Shown: one piece after another, positions 27,102 through 36,835 of the stretch
Layout: each line of letters opens with the position of its first letter
Numbering within the stretch: position 1 is the stretch's first letter
Source: an uncultured Candidatus Saccharibacteria bacterium
GTDB taxonomy: Bacteria; Patescibacteriota; WWE3; UBA101185; 2-01-FULL-41-18
Assembly (NCBI GenBank): GCA_964636285.1
Contig: CAZWQF010000003.1
Location: forward strand, 69,226 to 133,225
Length of the DNA: 64,000 nucleotides
Reading direction: 5' to 3'
Translations under genes and position numbers: made by a program
Notes under the pieces: generated by a model
What the model was told of the DNA's origin: nothing
The model's database searches: none
The model's input: only the letters and a program-made list of their open reading frames with translations

Positions 27102-29039
27102 ATGGTAAAAACTGCCTACACCTTAAAACTATTAATTACAGCTATATTTTTCTTGTTCTCAGTGTTTGTGCTCAAATACACATATCCTGTTTTACAAAAA
27201 GCATTTGATCAAACAACTAGAGCATCGGGAGATACTACAGCTCCAACAAGCACTCTGTCCATAAACCCTTCGTCACCAGACGGGCAAAATGGGTGGTATG
27301 TGAACCCTGTTGACGTAACAATCGCTGCAGATGATTTAGAGTCAGGAGTACAGTCTATAAATTGGACCTTAGATGGTACATCCGACAGTCAAACTTTTTC
27401 TAACACCCTTAATCTTGCACCGAACCCTAGTTTTGAAGACGCGGGTCTTCCAGTAAACATGTGGGACAAAGTAAATGATGACGGTGGAGCATCATATACC
27501 CAAGACCCATCAGCAGCACCAAGCCTTGGAGCATCGTCTGTTAGTATTGTTTCCACAACTTCCGACTGGCATGGTATCAACCATAAAAATAACTTTTCAG
27601 TGGCGTCTAACCTCCAAAACATGACCTCAAGCCTCTGGATTAGAACAGAAAATGTTACTGGGAGTGCGCAGTATAAAGTGTATCTAGTGTATGACGATGG
27701 GGTAGGGAATAGCGGAACATCGCTTCTGGCCACATCAGCCTCTGTTACAGGAACTCAGCCTTGGCAAAAAATTAGTCTAAATTTTATCCCTAATAATGCT
27801 AATACTGTAGGGATTTATATAGAGGCGGGACTCACAGGCACGGGAAGCGTATGGTTTGACGGTGCAAATATATCGTCTTCAATTACTACTACCCAAACCA
27901 ACTTTGCTGTCTCAGCTAGTGGAAACCATAGCCTCTCTTACCATAGTGCCGATTTTTCTGGAAATGTAGAAACTCCAAGAAACACAACCTTTAAAATTGA
28001 TACTAAAGCTCCGTCAAAATGGGTAAATTTTTCGTTAACGCAATCGGGAAATACCCACACATTTATTGTGAGCATTAGAGCTTCTGATGCTATATCCGGC
28101 ATAGATGTCTCAACCGCTCAGTTCCAATATTCAGTTGATGAAGGGGCAACATGGGGATATTACTCAACCCTAACTGGCTGTAATACCACTTTTAATTCTG
28201 GATGGGCTAACGCGTCAACATCTCCTAATTCAGACGGAAGTACTACAGTTACAGTAAGCACCCCAGCCATAGACTTTTGTAACAGCAACTGGGCAACAAG
28301 CAAGAAAATCAGATTTAGGGTGTCCGATATGGCAGGTAATTTAAGCCAGAGCTCAGACTTTACTATCAATGGGGCTTGGGTTCAAGTGGGGTCAGGTGAA
28401 ATTGGATCTAATTTTGATATTGGAATGCAAACAGGATCGCAAACTGCACACCTTGTAACATCAAAGGGATCCCTCTCAGGAATCACGTCCTCTAGTGGCT
28501 GGTATCTTGAGGATTATGATCACACACTTCCGTTTCAAACTTACAGCACCTGGTACTCCAAATACCCCACTACAACATCGTTACCTTCAGGGAGGTTACC
28601 TACAGCCAGTGGAAGATACAGAGTAAACTCAGACTTCACAATTGCATCAAGCACCCTTCCAAGTAACTTATCAACAAGACAAAACATTAGTGCTGTAATA
28701 TTCATCAACGGGGACTTAAACGTAAACACAAATTACTCACTTCATGCTACAACAGGTTATATTTTTATAGTAAACGGGGATGTGACTGTGGGTAATTCCG
28801 TATCTTCTGTTGATGGGTACTTTATTTCAGACGGAGAATTTGATGTTGGATCAGGAAGTACTGCTTTAACAATAACAGGAGGGGTTCAAGCTGATTCATT
28901 TAATCTAAAAAGAAGTTTGAGCGGTAATCAAAACACATCAAATCCAGCTGAAACTTTCAATTTTCACACAAAATATTTTATTACAGGTAGAAATCAGCTC
29001 ACCGATAACTATTCAGTTACTTGGCTAAGCAGTAACTAA
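27102..29039 (+). CDS. Large secreted/anchored protein with Ig-like, CBM-like and C-terminal beta-solenoid-like regions; putative pilus adhesin
   Basis: N-terminal hydrophobic helix; DTTAP..DGQNGWY; NLAPNPSFE...WFDG; C-terminal domain shared with cassette B genes; directly upstream of pilM. Confidence 0.7.
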   Translation: MVKTAYTLKLLITAIFFLFSVFVLKYTYPVLQKAFDQTTRASGDTTAPTSTLSINPSSPDGQNGWYVNPVDVTIAADDLESGVQSINWTLDGTSDSQTFSNTLNLAPNPSFEDAGLPVNMWDKVNDDGGASYTQDPSAAPSLGASSVSIVSTTSDWHGINHKNNFSVASNLQNMTSSLWIRTENVTGSAQYKVYLVYDDGVGNSGTSLLATSASVTGTQPWQKISLNFIPNNANTVGIYIEAGLTGTGSVWFDGANISSSITTTQTNFAVSASGNHSLSYHSADFSGNVETPRNTTFKIDTKAPSKWVNFSLTQSGNTHTFIVSIRASDAISGIDVSTAQFQYSVDEGATWGYYSTLTGCNTTFNSGWANASTSPNSDGSTTVTVSTPAIDFCNSNWATSKKIRFRVSDMAGNLSQSSDFTINGAWVQVGSGEIGSNFDIGMQTGSQTAHLVTSKGSLSGITSSSGWYLEDYDHTLPFQTYSTWYSKYPTTTSLPSGRLPTASGRYRVNSDFTIASSTLPSNLSTRQNISAVIFINGDLNVNTNYSLHATTGYIFIVNGDVTVGNSVSSVDGYFISDGEFDVGSGSTALTITGGVQADSFNLKRSLSGNQNTSNPAETFNFHTKYFITGRNQLTDNYSVTWLSSN

Positions 29040-29065
29040 CCTGTTAAAATGTTGAATAACTGCCT

Positions 29066-30097
29066 ATGAATATTGTTGGACTCGAAATGGGAGGGCACTC
29101 CTTCAAAGCTGTTGAGCTTAAAAAAGAAAAAGACAAAATTGAGCTGGTGAGATATGGGCTAAGCGAAAGGCATAATCTTACACTTAATTCAGACTCAGAA
29201 GAAGACCTTGAAAAGTATGCTCACGGGTTAGCTGACTTCTTTGACGATAACCACTTTTCCACACCAAATGTAGTAGCCGCACTTCCCGAAACTAGCGTTT
29301 TTACAAGAATTATTAAAGTACCAAAAATGAGCGATAAGGAGCTTAAAAGTGCTATCACTTATGAGGCAGAGCAGTATATACCCTTACCCCTAAAAGACGT
29401 AAGCTTTGATTTTCAAATCTTTGAAGATGACCCAAATGACAAGAGCAATATGAATGTGCTCCTGGTTGCTGCAACCAAAATATTAATTGATAAATATGTA
29501 AAAATTCTCAAAAAAGCAAAGCTCATACCTGTAGGGCTTGAGCCAGAGACATTGGCAATTGCAAGAGTTGCAGGAGATAAGCTAGACCAACCTAACCCCT
29601 CTATAATAGTATGCATTGCGTCCAACGAAACAAATGTAATTATTACCTACAAGGGTGTTGTTAGATTCACAAGAAATATATCAACGGGTGGAGATACCTT
29701 AACTAGAGCTATAGCACAAAATCTGGGTTTTGATTTCTCGCAAGCAGAAGAATACAAAAAGACTTACGGAATAGACCCAAAACAGGTTGATGGAAAAGTC
29801 TATAATTCGGTTAAACCAGTATTTGATATCATTTTAAATGAAATTAAAAGAGCATATTTCTTCTATACAACACATAACCCCAGTGTTAACATAAGAAGAG
29901 TAGTAGTTTGCGGTGGAACTGCCCTGATGCCGGGACTTTTATACTACTTAACAACTAACCTTGACCTCGAGGTTGAGTTAGCAAACCCATGGGAACGAGT
30001 AGTTTTTCCGCAAAAACTTGAAAAAGATAAACAAAGACTACTGGATATTGGACCTTATTTTGTTTCATCAGTAGGATTGGCTATCAAGGAGATGTAA
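29066..30097 (+). CDS. pilM: Type IV pilus assembly protein PilM
   Basis: Actin-like fold: VGLEMG..SFKAVEL, EAEQYIP, VLLVAA, GGTALMPGL, ELANPW. Confidence 0.93.
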   Translation: MNIVGLEMGGHSFKAVELKKEKDKIELVRYGLSERHNLTLNSDSEEDLEKYAHGLADFFDDNHFSTPNVVAALPETSVFTRIIKVPKMSDKELKSAITYEAEQYIPLPLKDVSFDFQIFEDDPNDKSNMNVLLVAATKILIDKYVKILKKAKLIPVGLEPETLAIARVAGDKLDQPNPSIIVCIASNETNVIITYKGVVRFTRNISTGGDTLTRAIAQNLGFDFSQAEEYKKTYGIDPKQVDGKVYNSVKPVFDIILNEIKRAYFFYTTHNPSVNIRRVVVCGGTALMPGLLYYLTTNLDLEVELANPWERVVFPQKLEKDKQRLLDIGPYFVSSVGLAIKEM

Positions 30098-30681
30098 TGT
30101 CAGATATTGACCTAATTCCAGCGGAAGAACGCTTACAAAGATCAAAAGAGAAAGCAAAGAAATTTGCGCTGATTTTTACGTTAATATTGTTTGGTATCAC
30201 CTTAATTGCTTCTGGCTTTTTGTTCTACTACATAGGAACTTTAGACAAAAAAATTATGGATACTACTGCCTCGATTGAAGAGGTTAAGAAAAAGATTCAG
30301 GATAAGTCAGAGATTGAAGTATCAGCTAGAAACTTAGATGCTAAATATAAAATTCTAAGTAGTATATTATCCGGAAGAACATACTACTCCGTGCTTCTAG
30401 ATGAATTAACGTACCGAAGCCCTACAAACGTTACTATCAACAGCGTAGAGTCTGCAACTCCAGATAAAGCAACACTATCAGGAACAGCTACGGATTATGT
30501 ATCCCTTGCCAAATTTCTTAATGCATTAAGCGATCAAAAACTTGCTTCACAATCAGCTACGCCAAAAGATAAGAACCTGTTTAAAGAAGTATCTATAACT
30601 ACTGTATCCCTAGATTCACTTAACTTAAGTATTAAGTTTAATTTAGGATTGCAGCTTGATGAAAGCTTATTAAAAAGATGA
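30097..30681 (+). CDS. pilN: Type IV pilus assembly protein PilN
   Basis: IDLIP (INLLP-like) N-terminal motif, TM helix, coiled coil; follows pilM. Confidence 0.85.
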   Translation: MSDIDLIPAEERLQRSKEKAKKFALIFTLILFGITLIASGFLFYYIGTLDKKIMDTTASIEEVKKKIQDKSEIEVSARNLDAKYKILSSILSGRTYYSVLLDELTYRSPTNVTINSVESATPDKATLSGTATDYVSLAKFLNALSDQKLASQSATPKDKNLFKEVSITTVSLDSLNLSIKFNLGLQLDESLLKR

Positions 30682-31412
30682 ACTTAGAATTAAACCCAAG
30701 AACAAATAAAATAAGCAAAGAAATGATGGTTGGTACGGTCCTTCCTTTGCTTTTTATCTCTGCTACTGCTGGATTGTTCTTTTTAGTAACATATCCAAAG
30801 TATAATCAGATTCAACCAAAAAACGATGAGCTTAAACAGCTTGAGGATAAAAAGGGACACCTAAGCTCAAAACTTCAAAAATTAAACGACCTTGTGGACT
30901 TTAAGGAAGTTGTAGACCAAAACTCTGCCCTAATAAACACAGCGCTTCCCTCCGAAGCTAATGTTCCAATACTACTTACTCAAATTCAAACAATAGCAAA
31001 AGAAAACGACCTTGAAATCCAAAATCTTTCGTACTCTTCATCAGGTGCAGCAAGTCAAAGTGAGGCAAATAAAGTAAACGTCCAGATGAGCGCGAAAGGA
31101 AACTTTGAGCAAGTAAGAAACTTCTTTTATGCCGTTGAAAAAGCTTCAAGAGTACTTGAATTTAGTACTATTAGATTCTCCACGGAATCTACTGGTATTG
31201 AAACAGATGCGCAAAGTGCAGGGCTAGAAATAAGTATTTCATTACGATCACCTTATCTTTTTGTTGAGTCCAAAGCAACAACAGAGGACCCTATCACAAT
31301 AGATATCAGGGATCAGGCATTTTTAAATTTTGTTAATAGGCTTAAAGAGCTTAGACTTTATACAACCGTAGTAGGAACAGAGAACATAGGTAAAGAAAAC
31401 CCATTCAAATAA
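30678..31412 (+). CDS. pilO: Type IV pilus assembly protein PilO
   Basis: TM helix plus coiled coil; ALPSE..VP.LL, GNFEQVRNF..VEK.SRV. Confidence 0.85.
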   Translation: MNLELNPRTNKISKEMMVGTVLPLLFISATAGLFFLVTYPKYNQIQPKNDELKQLEDKKGHLSSKLQKLNDLVDFKEVVDQNSALINTALPSEANVPILLTQIQTIAKENDLEIQNLSYSSSGAASQSEANKVNVQMSAKGNFEQVRNFFYAVEKASRVLEFSTIRFSTESTGIETDAQSAGLEISISLRSPYLFVESKATTEDPITIDIRDQAFLNFVNRLKELRLYTTVVGTENIGKENPFK

Positions 31413-31414
31413 TC

Positions 31415-32254
31415 TCAGTTAGTTAAAATAGTTGAGTCAGAAGTACTAAATAAAACATAATCAAAAGAGGAAGGTACAAAAGACCTACTTTTAAGTGCTG
31501 TTACAGTTTTTGTCACGGATCCTAATCTACCTACAGAAGTCAAAAGATACCCTTGGACCGGAAGCGTACCTCCACTTTTTGGTATAACATACAGATTCAG
31601 ATCTTGGTATATTGCTCTAATTCGCACAAACCTTGGGTTATCCTGACCAGATATTGTGAAACAGTTAGAGTATGATAGGTCTGGTGCCGCTGCTGTGAAG
31701 CCGTTGGATGAGTGAGTGGTACTTGTAGAGTTATAAGCATACCTCTGAGACGAGTAGGGAGTAGAAGATCCGTATACAAACAGGGCAGAAACCGAAGGGG
31801 TGCTCCCTGAACTCCCATCCCAGCAAAGTTCTAAAGGCCTGTTACCGTACCCGGTAAGGTCAACCTCCGTTACATCGTCTCTTGAAACTTTTGTATTAAA
31901 TAGACTGGTAGAGTTACCTGCGTATGAAAGTGAGACGGTTGCAGTTGCAGCTACGCCATCCGCTCCAGTTATTGTAACTTGGCAATTAGTACCACAGGAA
32001 TTGTTATTGATATATGTATCCAAGGTACCTGGTGCTGTAGGTAACATTTTTTCAATCGCGGCCTCCGCCACGGCATACGCCCTTGAGGAGGTATCCAGTG
32101 TTGTGGAGTTCCCAGACCCTTTTATAATTCTTTGCGATATAGCAAGCCCAATTGACAGTGAGATGATCATCAGCATCATTACCACAATCAATGTCTGCCC
32201 TTTTTGATTGCCACTTGAACAAACCCTGCAAAAAAACTTCATAGTATGTATCAA
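31415..32254 (-). CDS. PilX/GspK-like minor pilin
   Basis: QKG|QTLIVV without Glu5; RAYAVAEAAIE; last gene of the FimT-V-W-X-like run. Confidence 0.8.
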   Translation of the reverse strand: MIHTMKFFCRVCSSGNQKGQTLIVVMMLMIISLSIGLAISQRIIKGSGNSTTLDTSSRAYAVAEAAIEKMLPTAPGTLDTYINNNSCGTNCQVTITGADGVAATATVSLSYAGNSTSLFNTKVSRDDVTEVDLTGYGNRPLELCWDGSSGSTPSVSALFVYGSSTPYSSQRYAYNSTSTTHSSNGFTAAAPDLSYSNCFTISGQDNPRFVRIRAIYQDLNLYVIPKSGGTLPVQGYLLTSVGRLGSVTKTVTALKSRSFVPSSFDYVLFSTSDSTILTN

Positions 32255-32805
32255 TTACCTGACCTTAACACAACTACACTTGAGAACGTCTGTGAAGCTG
32301 TAAACGGACTATTAGAGGTGTATGAGCCAGATTGGATCATTGGGATGGTGATTGAAACGCTTGTAACACCATTTGCTGTGGTCTGAACAGTAAAGACGGC
32401 ATCAGAACTTAAAGTAACACCATCTTTACATGCATCATTTGTCATTTTTAGAGCTGTCGAACCATTAACACTTCTTGTTATAGTTCTGGTATTACCACCC
32501 CCAGAACACGACGTGTTTTGAAACTGAGCAGTATATACAACAGTTCCATACGGGGTAGTCAGCTGAAGATTTGACCCTGTTGAAGAAGAAGCCAACGTTG
32601 CATTTTTTATATCGTAAATTATTTTGGCTAGAAGATAATTTCCGTTTTGCTCTATCTCATTCAATACTCTAGTCTTGGTGTAACTTCTTGTTACAGACAC
32701 AATCAAATCCCCGGCAATCCCCACTGATATCAAAATTATTGAAACAACCACAAGTATCTCAACAAGCGTGAACCCCCTTTGAAGTTTTATTGCTTTAAGT
32801 TGCAT
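32251..32805 (-). CDS. PilW-like minor pilin
   Basis: RG|FTLVE prepilin motif; position in the minor pilin run. Confidence 0.75.
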   Translation of the reverse strand: MQLKAIKLQRGFTLVEILVVVSIILISVGIAGDLIVSVTRSYTKTRVLNEIEQNGNYLLAKIIYDIKNATLASSSTGSNLQLTTPYGTVVYTAQFQNTSCSGGGNTRTITRSVNGSTALKMTNDACKDGVTLSSDAVFTVQTTANGVTSVSITIPMIQSGSYTSNSPFTASQTFSSVVVLRSGN

Positions 32806-33309
32806 TTATTTACCTCTCCAGTTTGTGAAATCTGTGTAGTTATAAACACACTGACTTTTTCCACCAATACTCCAATGGACTACAACTCCGGCACGATAAA
32901 CCCCAGAAACAGATGTAAGATTCATTGTGTAAGTAAAGGGAGTTGATTGCTTTTGACCCGCAGTTGGAGCAGAACCAACTGGATTAGTGATAGGGTAAGA
33001 GCACCCTCCTGTTGGCGCCTGACAGGCTGAAAGAAATGTATAGTTACAAGGAGAGGTAGCTAAATTAGTAAAAGTCGCCCATGACACATTAGAGCTATCC
33101 CTATATGATCTTAATAATTCAAGTTGGTTTTGAGCTAATTGTGTTGCTTGAGCTGTATATGAGGACTGCCTGGAGTTTCTTAACGCAAAAACAGCTAAAG
33201 AGACTAGAGAGGTTACAACTATAACTGCAAGCGAAACAGCAATCAAAGTCTCAACAAGCCCTATGCCACTTTCTGACTTTAAATATTTTTTATACATTAA
33301 CATCATCAT
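32806..33309 (-). CDS. PilV-like minor pilin
   Basis: SG|IGLVE; ATQLAQNQLELLR; V..W near C-terminus; exact start uncertain (33297-33309). Confidence 0.75.
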   Translation of the reverse strand: MMMLMYKKYLKSESGIGLVETLIAVSLAVIVVTSLVSLAVFALRNSRQSSYTAQATQLAQNQLELLRSYRDSSNVSWATFTNLATSPCNYTFLSACQAPTGGCSYPITNPVGSAPTAGQKQSTPFTYTMNLTSVSGVYRAGVVVHWSIGGKSQCVYNYTDFTNWRGK

Positions 33310-33316
33310 ACTAGCT

Positions 33317-33910
33317 TTAATTAGAACAGCTACCTTGCCCCGAAACACTACCAACCATCCCTGCAAGATTTAAAGAAGTTTGCATCCAAGCATTATTTCC
33401 AGGGGTAATGCAGGACCTCACAGTGTTATCTCCACCTGAAAGAAGGTTTATAAAAGTAACATCTGCTGAAATCATTCTAAAAAATACACAGGATCTTGAG
33501 TTTGAAGGTGTCTGAAAAGTTGCTCCGGCCTGCAGCATGTCGGACTCTACATGCGCCTGATTTAGAGCATTGCAGGACGCTGCGTCAGGAGAGGGGGTGG
33601 AAACATAAGTTCTTGATATTCTGTATCTTGAATCTCCATCGTTATACCAAAAAACCCAGTAATTACAAAGATTTGGGCTTGAGCAGACAGTATTAGAATC
33701 AACGCCTGATATTGCCCTGTTTTGTGCATCTCTAACGCCGTTTTTAACAGCCTCCTGAGCTTGCCTCAGATTTTGATCATTAATAAAACCATTAAAATTA
33801 GGGACCGTAATTGCAGAAACAGCACCCAAGATACTTACTGCAATGAGAACCTCCACCAATGTAAAGCCGCTGTGTTTAATTGTTTGTAGATGATGGGCAG
33901 ACTTAAGCAT
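33317..33910 (-). CDS. FimT/FimU (GspH)-like minor pilin
   Basis: SG|FTLVE...VPNF...RDAQNRAISG. Confidence 0.75.
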   Translation of the reverse strand: MLKSAHHLQTIKHSGFTLVEVLIAVSILGAVSAITVPNFNGFINDQNLRQAQEAVKNGVRDAQNRAISGVDSNTVCSSPNLCNYWVFWYNDGDSRYRISRTYVSTPSPDAASCNALNQAHVESDMLQAGATFQTPSNSRSCVFFRMISADVTFINLLSGGDNTVRSCITPGNNAWMQTSLNLAGMVGSVSGQGSCSN

Positions 33911-33943
33911 TTATATAAATGCTAAAGTAATAGGGGAGAGTAG

Positions 33944-34444
33944 TCAATTCATGAGTGTTAAACTAGTGCCCACTTCATACTTACTATTACTATTTCCACC
34001 GTCAGAGGTCATACTAATTTCAGTGGCTTCTAGAACTGCGTTAAGCTCATAATTAGAACCACTTTTCCTGTAGGTATAGACATAAATACCAGTGTTCTTT
34101 GGGTCAACTGGTATTTTTTGAATATAGCTTGAGAACGAAGAGTCTATCCAGCCCTGTGTAACACTTTCATAGGGACCTCCATTTCCGGTAGGAAGGACAT
34201 TACTTGTTCGTGTAGTATTATCCGAATCAGGATACGAACCTGTGTTTATTCTATACTCCTCAATAGCTCTTGATAACGAACGAAGGTCAGCAACTCTCTT
34301 AACATCTCTTGCTCTCCTTTTTTGTGCAGCTGGGTATAAGTACATGAATGCAATGGAGGATATTGTCACCAAAATAAAAAGCGAAACAGTTAGCTCAATA
34401 ATACTGAAGCCTTTGATATGTAAACTATTTGTTTTCGACTGCAT
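33944..34444 (-). CDS. Type IV pilin-like protein
   Basis: KG|FSIIE; ARDVKRVADL; PVDPKN; probable start ATG 34444. Confidence 0.8.
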   Translation of the reverse strand: MQSKTNSLHIKGFSIIELTVSLFILVTISSIAFMYLYPAAQKRRARDVKRVADLRSLSRAIEEYRINTGSYPDSDNTTRTSNVLPTGNGGPYESVTQGWIDSSFSSYIQKIPVDPKNTGIYVYTYRKSGSNYELNAVLEATEISMTSDGGNSNSKYEVGTSLTLMN

Positions 34445-35051
34445 AACAGCTTGCCTGGTCCCCACAAAGACCCCAAGTTGACCAGTTTCTTGAACCAGTA
34501 CTGCATCTATTCCCTCCAACAGCTGATGCTAGCTCCATTGTTGCAGTAACAACATACCCATCAGCAAGTTGCGTAGATCCTGATCTGTATGGCGCAATAT
34601 AGAAGTATGCCTGTGTTGGAGATCCGTTACACGGACTATTAGTACCAGTACTGGCAGTAGGATCTGAGGGTACTGAATTTGTTACGGCAGAAAATCCTGT
34701 TAGAGAATTACAACTGCCTGTACCTAATAAGCACTGACTAAGCCTATCTGAACTACCTGTAATCTTGATAAAACAAGTTGACGCAACACCTGAGCTTACC
34801 TGACAACCTGATGTTGCACTAGAAGGGTAACCTCTATGCTTTAAGTAAAATTGCTCAAGAGCTATCTGTATAGTTTTAAGGTCGGATATTCTCTGAGAAT
34901 CTCTTCCTCTTGCCCTTATTGTAGCCGGATTAATTATCACAATAATTGCCGAAGTAAGCACACCAATCAATAGGGCTACTACAAGTAGCTCAACAAGACT
35001 AAATCCCTTCTGCGTAGATTCATTTTTTTTAGCAATCTCAAAAATATACAT
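34425..35051 (-). CDS. Type IV pilin-like protein (Cys-rich)
   Basis: KG|FSLVE; INP...RDSQRISDL..IQ.ALE. Confidence 0.8.
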   Translation of the reverse strand: MYIFEIAKKNESTQKGFSLVELLVVALLIGVLTSAIIVIINPATIRARGRDSQRISDLKTIQIALEQFYLKHRGYPSSATSGCQVSSGVASTCFIKITGSSDRLSQCLLGTGSCNSLTGFSAVTNSVPSDPTASTGTNSPCNGSPTQAYFYIAPYRSGSTQLADGYVVTATMELASAVGGNRCSTGSRNWSTWGLCGDQASCYAVENK

Positions 35052-35063
35052 GCTATCTTTTAA

Positions 35064-35591
35064 CTATAACGGGTTTTGAACACCAATACAGCCTGCAAGA
35101 GGCGTACCCCCACAACTTGCTGAAAAGCTTGACCAGTTAGTTAAGAATGAACAAGGCGTAGCATTTGTGGGAATAGAGGTCTCCAGCACTGCAGTAAGTA
35201 TGTAAGTGCTTCCTGAAGAAACAAAGTTATATCTATTTGCTTGCCCGCCAGCTGTACATGCTGAATTACCAGTTCCTTTGGCTAGAGTTAATGGGTCTCT
35301 TGGGAATGTTCCAATAAAGTCGCTTAGAGCCGTGCTAAGACAATCCTCTGCCAACCCCCATGTCCCTGCAACACATCCTCCAGCGGGAAAGATAGGATAT
35401 ACTGTATTTCCACCACTAGATATATACTGCTCAAGCCCAGATTGAATAAGTTTTAAGTCATTGATTCTTCTTCCATCCCTGGCTTTGGCTCTAAGCTGAT
35501 TTGGGTTCATAACCATCAGTACAACCCCAACAAGAATTCCAAGGACAGATACTGAAACAATAAGTTCTATAAACGAAAAACCTTTTTTCAT
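35064..35591 (-). CDS. Type IV pilin-like protein
   Basis: KG|FSFIE; ARDGRRINDL; PRDP. Confidence 0.8.
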   Translation of the reverse strand: MKKGFSFIELIVSVSVLGILVGVVLMVMNPNQLRAKARDGRRINDLKLIQSGLEQYISSGGNTVYPIFPAGGCVAGTWGLAEDCLSTALSDFIGTFPRDPLTLAKGTGNSACTAGGQANRYNFVSSGSTYILTAVLETSIPTNATPCSFLTNWSSFSASCGGTPLAGCIGVQNPL

Positions 35592-36139
35592 TAGTTACCC
35601 CTGCTTTCCAAACCATAACAGTGAGTGTTATCACAGGTACCTGCATATGAATTCCAATTGGAAAGTGAGATGCACTTACCCCCTGATGTTGATGAAACCG
35701 ATTCCATCTGTGCAGTTAGCACAAAGTAACTTCCATTCGAGTTATAACTAAATCTGTAGTGAGGATTTGCGCCATTAGTGTAATTGCATGGGCTGTTTGC
35801 AGAAGAGCTACTATACGAAGGGTCCTGCGGCATGTACTGAAGATACTTCAACCCTGAGGCTGGTGATAGGGCAGTGCTTAACGAATCTGAACCAGTCACG
35901 GTTATCCAGCTCCCTCCTGATGATGGAAAAGAACCAGAATTATTTGTTCTATATAGCTCAAGCGCTGTTTGAATTGATTTTAACGAAGAAGCCCTCTTAG
36001 CATCCCTAGCTTTTCCCTGAAGCTGACTTGGGTTGATTACCGTAAGCAAAACACCGGCCAAAATTCCCATAATAGACACAGCTAAAAGTATTTCAATTAA
36101 GGTAAATCCTTTTATCGAATGGGAAAGCTTGACGGGCAT
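35591..36139 (-). CDS. Type IV pilin-like protein
   Basis: KG|FTLIE; ARDAKR; PQDP. Confidence 0.8.
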   Translation of the reverse strand: MPVKLSHSIKGFTLIEILLAVSIMGILAGVLLTVINPSQLQGKARDAKRASSLKSIQTALELYRTNNSGSFPSSGGSWITVTGSDSLSTALSPASGLKYLQYMPQDPSYSSSSANSPCNYTNGANPHYRFSYNSNGSYFVLTAQMESVSSTSGGKCISLSNWNSYAGTCDNTHCYGLESRGN

Positions 36140-36145
36140 AGTTAA

Positions 36146-36174
36146 ATGTTATGTGTTTTAGTGATTCTAGTCAA
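36146..36174 (-). promoter_or_regulatory. Promoter of the minor-pilin operon (probably leaderless)
   Basis: TTGACT-17-TAACAT on the minus strand, 6 nt before ATG 36139. Confidence 0.6.
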
Positions 36175-36197
36175 TGTAAGCAAATTCTATAAAACCG

Positions 36198-36224
36198 AAA
36201 AGGGCCGGTTTCCCAGCCCCTTTG
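36198..36224 (-). terminator. Intrinsic terminator after pilin 36248..36778
   Basis: GGGGCTGG-GAAA-CCGGCCCT-TTT on the minus strand. Confidence 0.65.
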
Positions 36225-36247
36225 TATATTAGGTAGATCAAGCTAGG

Positions 36248-36778
36248 TTAAAAGCACGATGTCGCTCTTCTATTTGGTGTATTGAGTCCGTTAGCAGGAT
36301 CATAAACTATGTAGTTCATAACATTACCACCGGCATCCCTCTGGCTTGTATCGTTTGCTCCTGACGCAACACAGAAGTTGGTACCATTGGTTCTATACTG
36401 AAAACCTGGAAGCGTCGCACCAGTAGTAACACCTCTAATGGTAAAGTGAACGGAGTTCTGAGCTGCACCAGTGCACGGACACGTAGCTACATTTTGAAGT
36501 GAACCTCCATCTGTTGCACCTGTGCAAGTATTTTGTCCTGCAAGCTGAGTACATGTAGGTAAGTTACCAGCTCCAGTTATATCTGCAGCTGACTGAGCCC
36601 TAATATCAGCAACTATTTTGTTAATTGTTGCTACAACAACTCCATCTCTGGCTCTATTTTGTTGTCTTACTGGATCAAGAATTGAGATAACTATACCGGC
36701 AAGAATACCGATAATTACAATTACTATAAGAAGTTCTACGAGTGTAAAACCTTTTTGATTTTGGGCAGAATTATACAT
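36248..36778 (-). CDS. Type IV pilin, second major-pilin candidate
   Basis: QKG|FTLVELLIVIVIIGILA; AGGAGGT SD before ATG 36778; own terminator. Confidence 0.85.
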   Translation of the reverse strand: MYNSAQNQKGFTLVELLIVIVIIGILAGIVISILDPVRQQNRARDGVVVATINKIVADIRAQSAADITGAGNLPTCTQLAGQNTCTGATDGGSLQNVATCPCTGAAQNSVHFTIRGVTTGATLPGFQYRTNGTNFCVASGANDTSQRDAGGNVMNYIVYDPANGLNTPNRRATSCF

Positions 36779-36835
36779 TTGACACCTCCTTTCATCTATT
36801 CTAAACAACATGCAAATCAATTAGCAATAGGCAAT

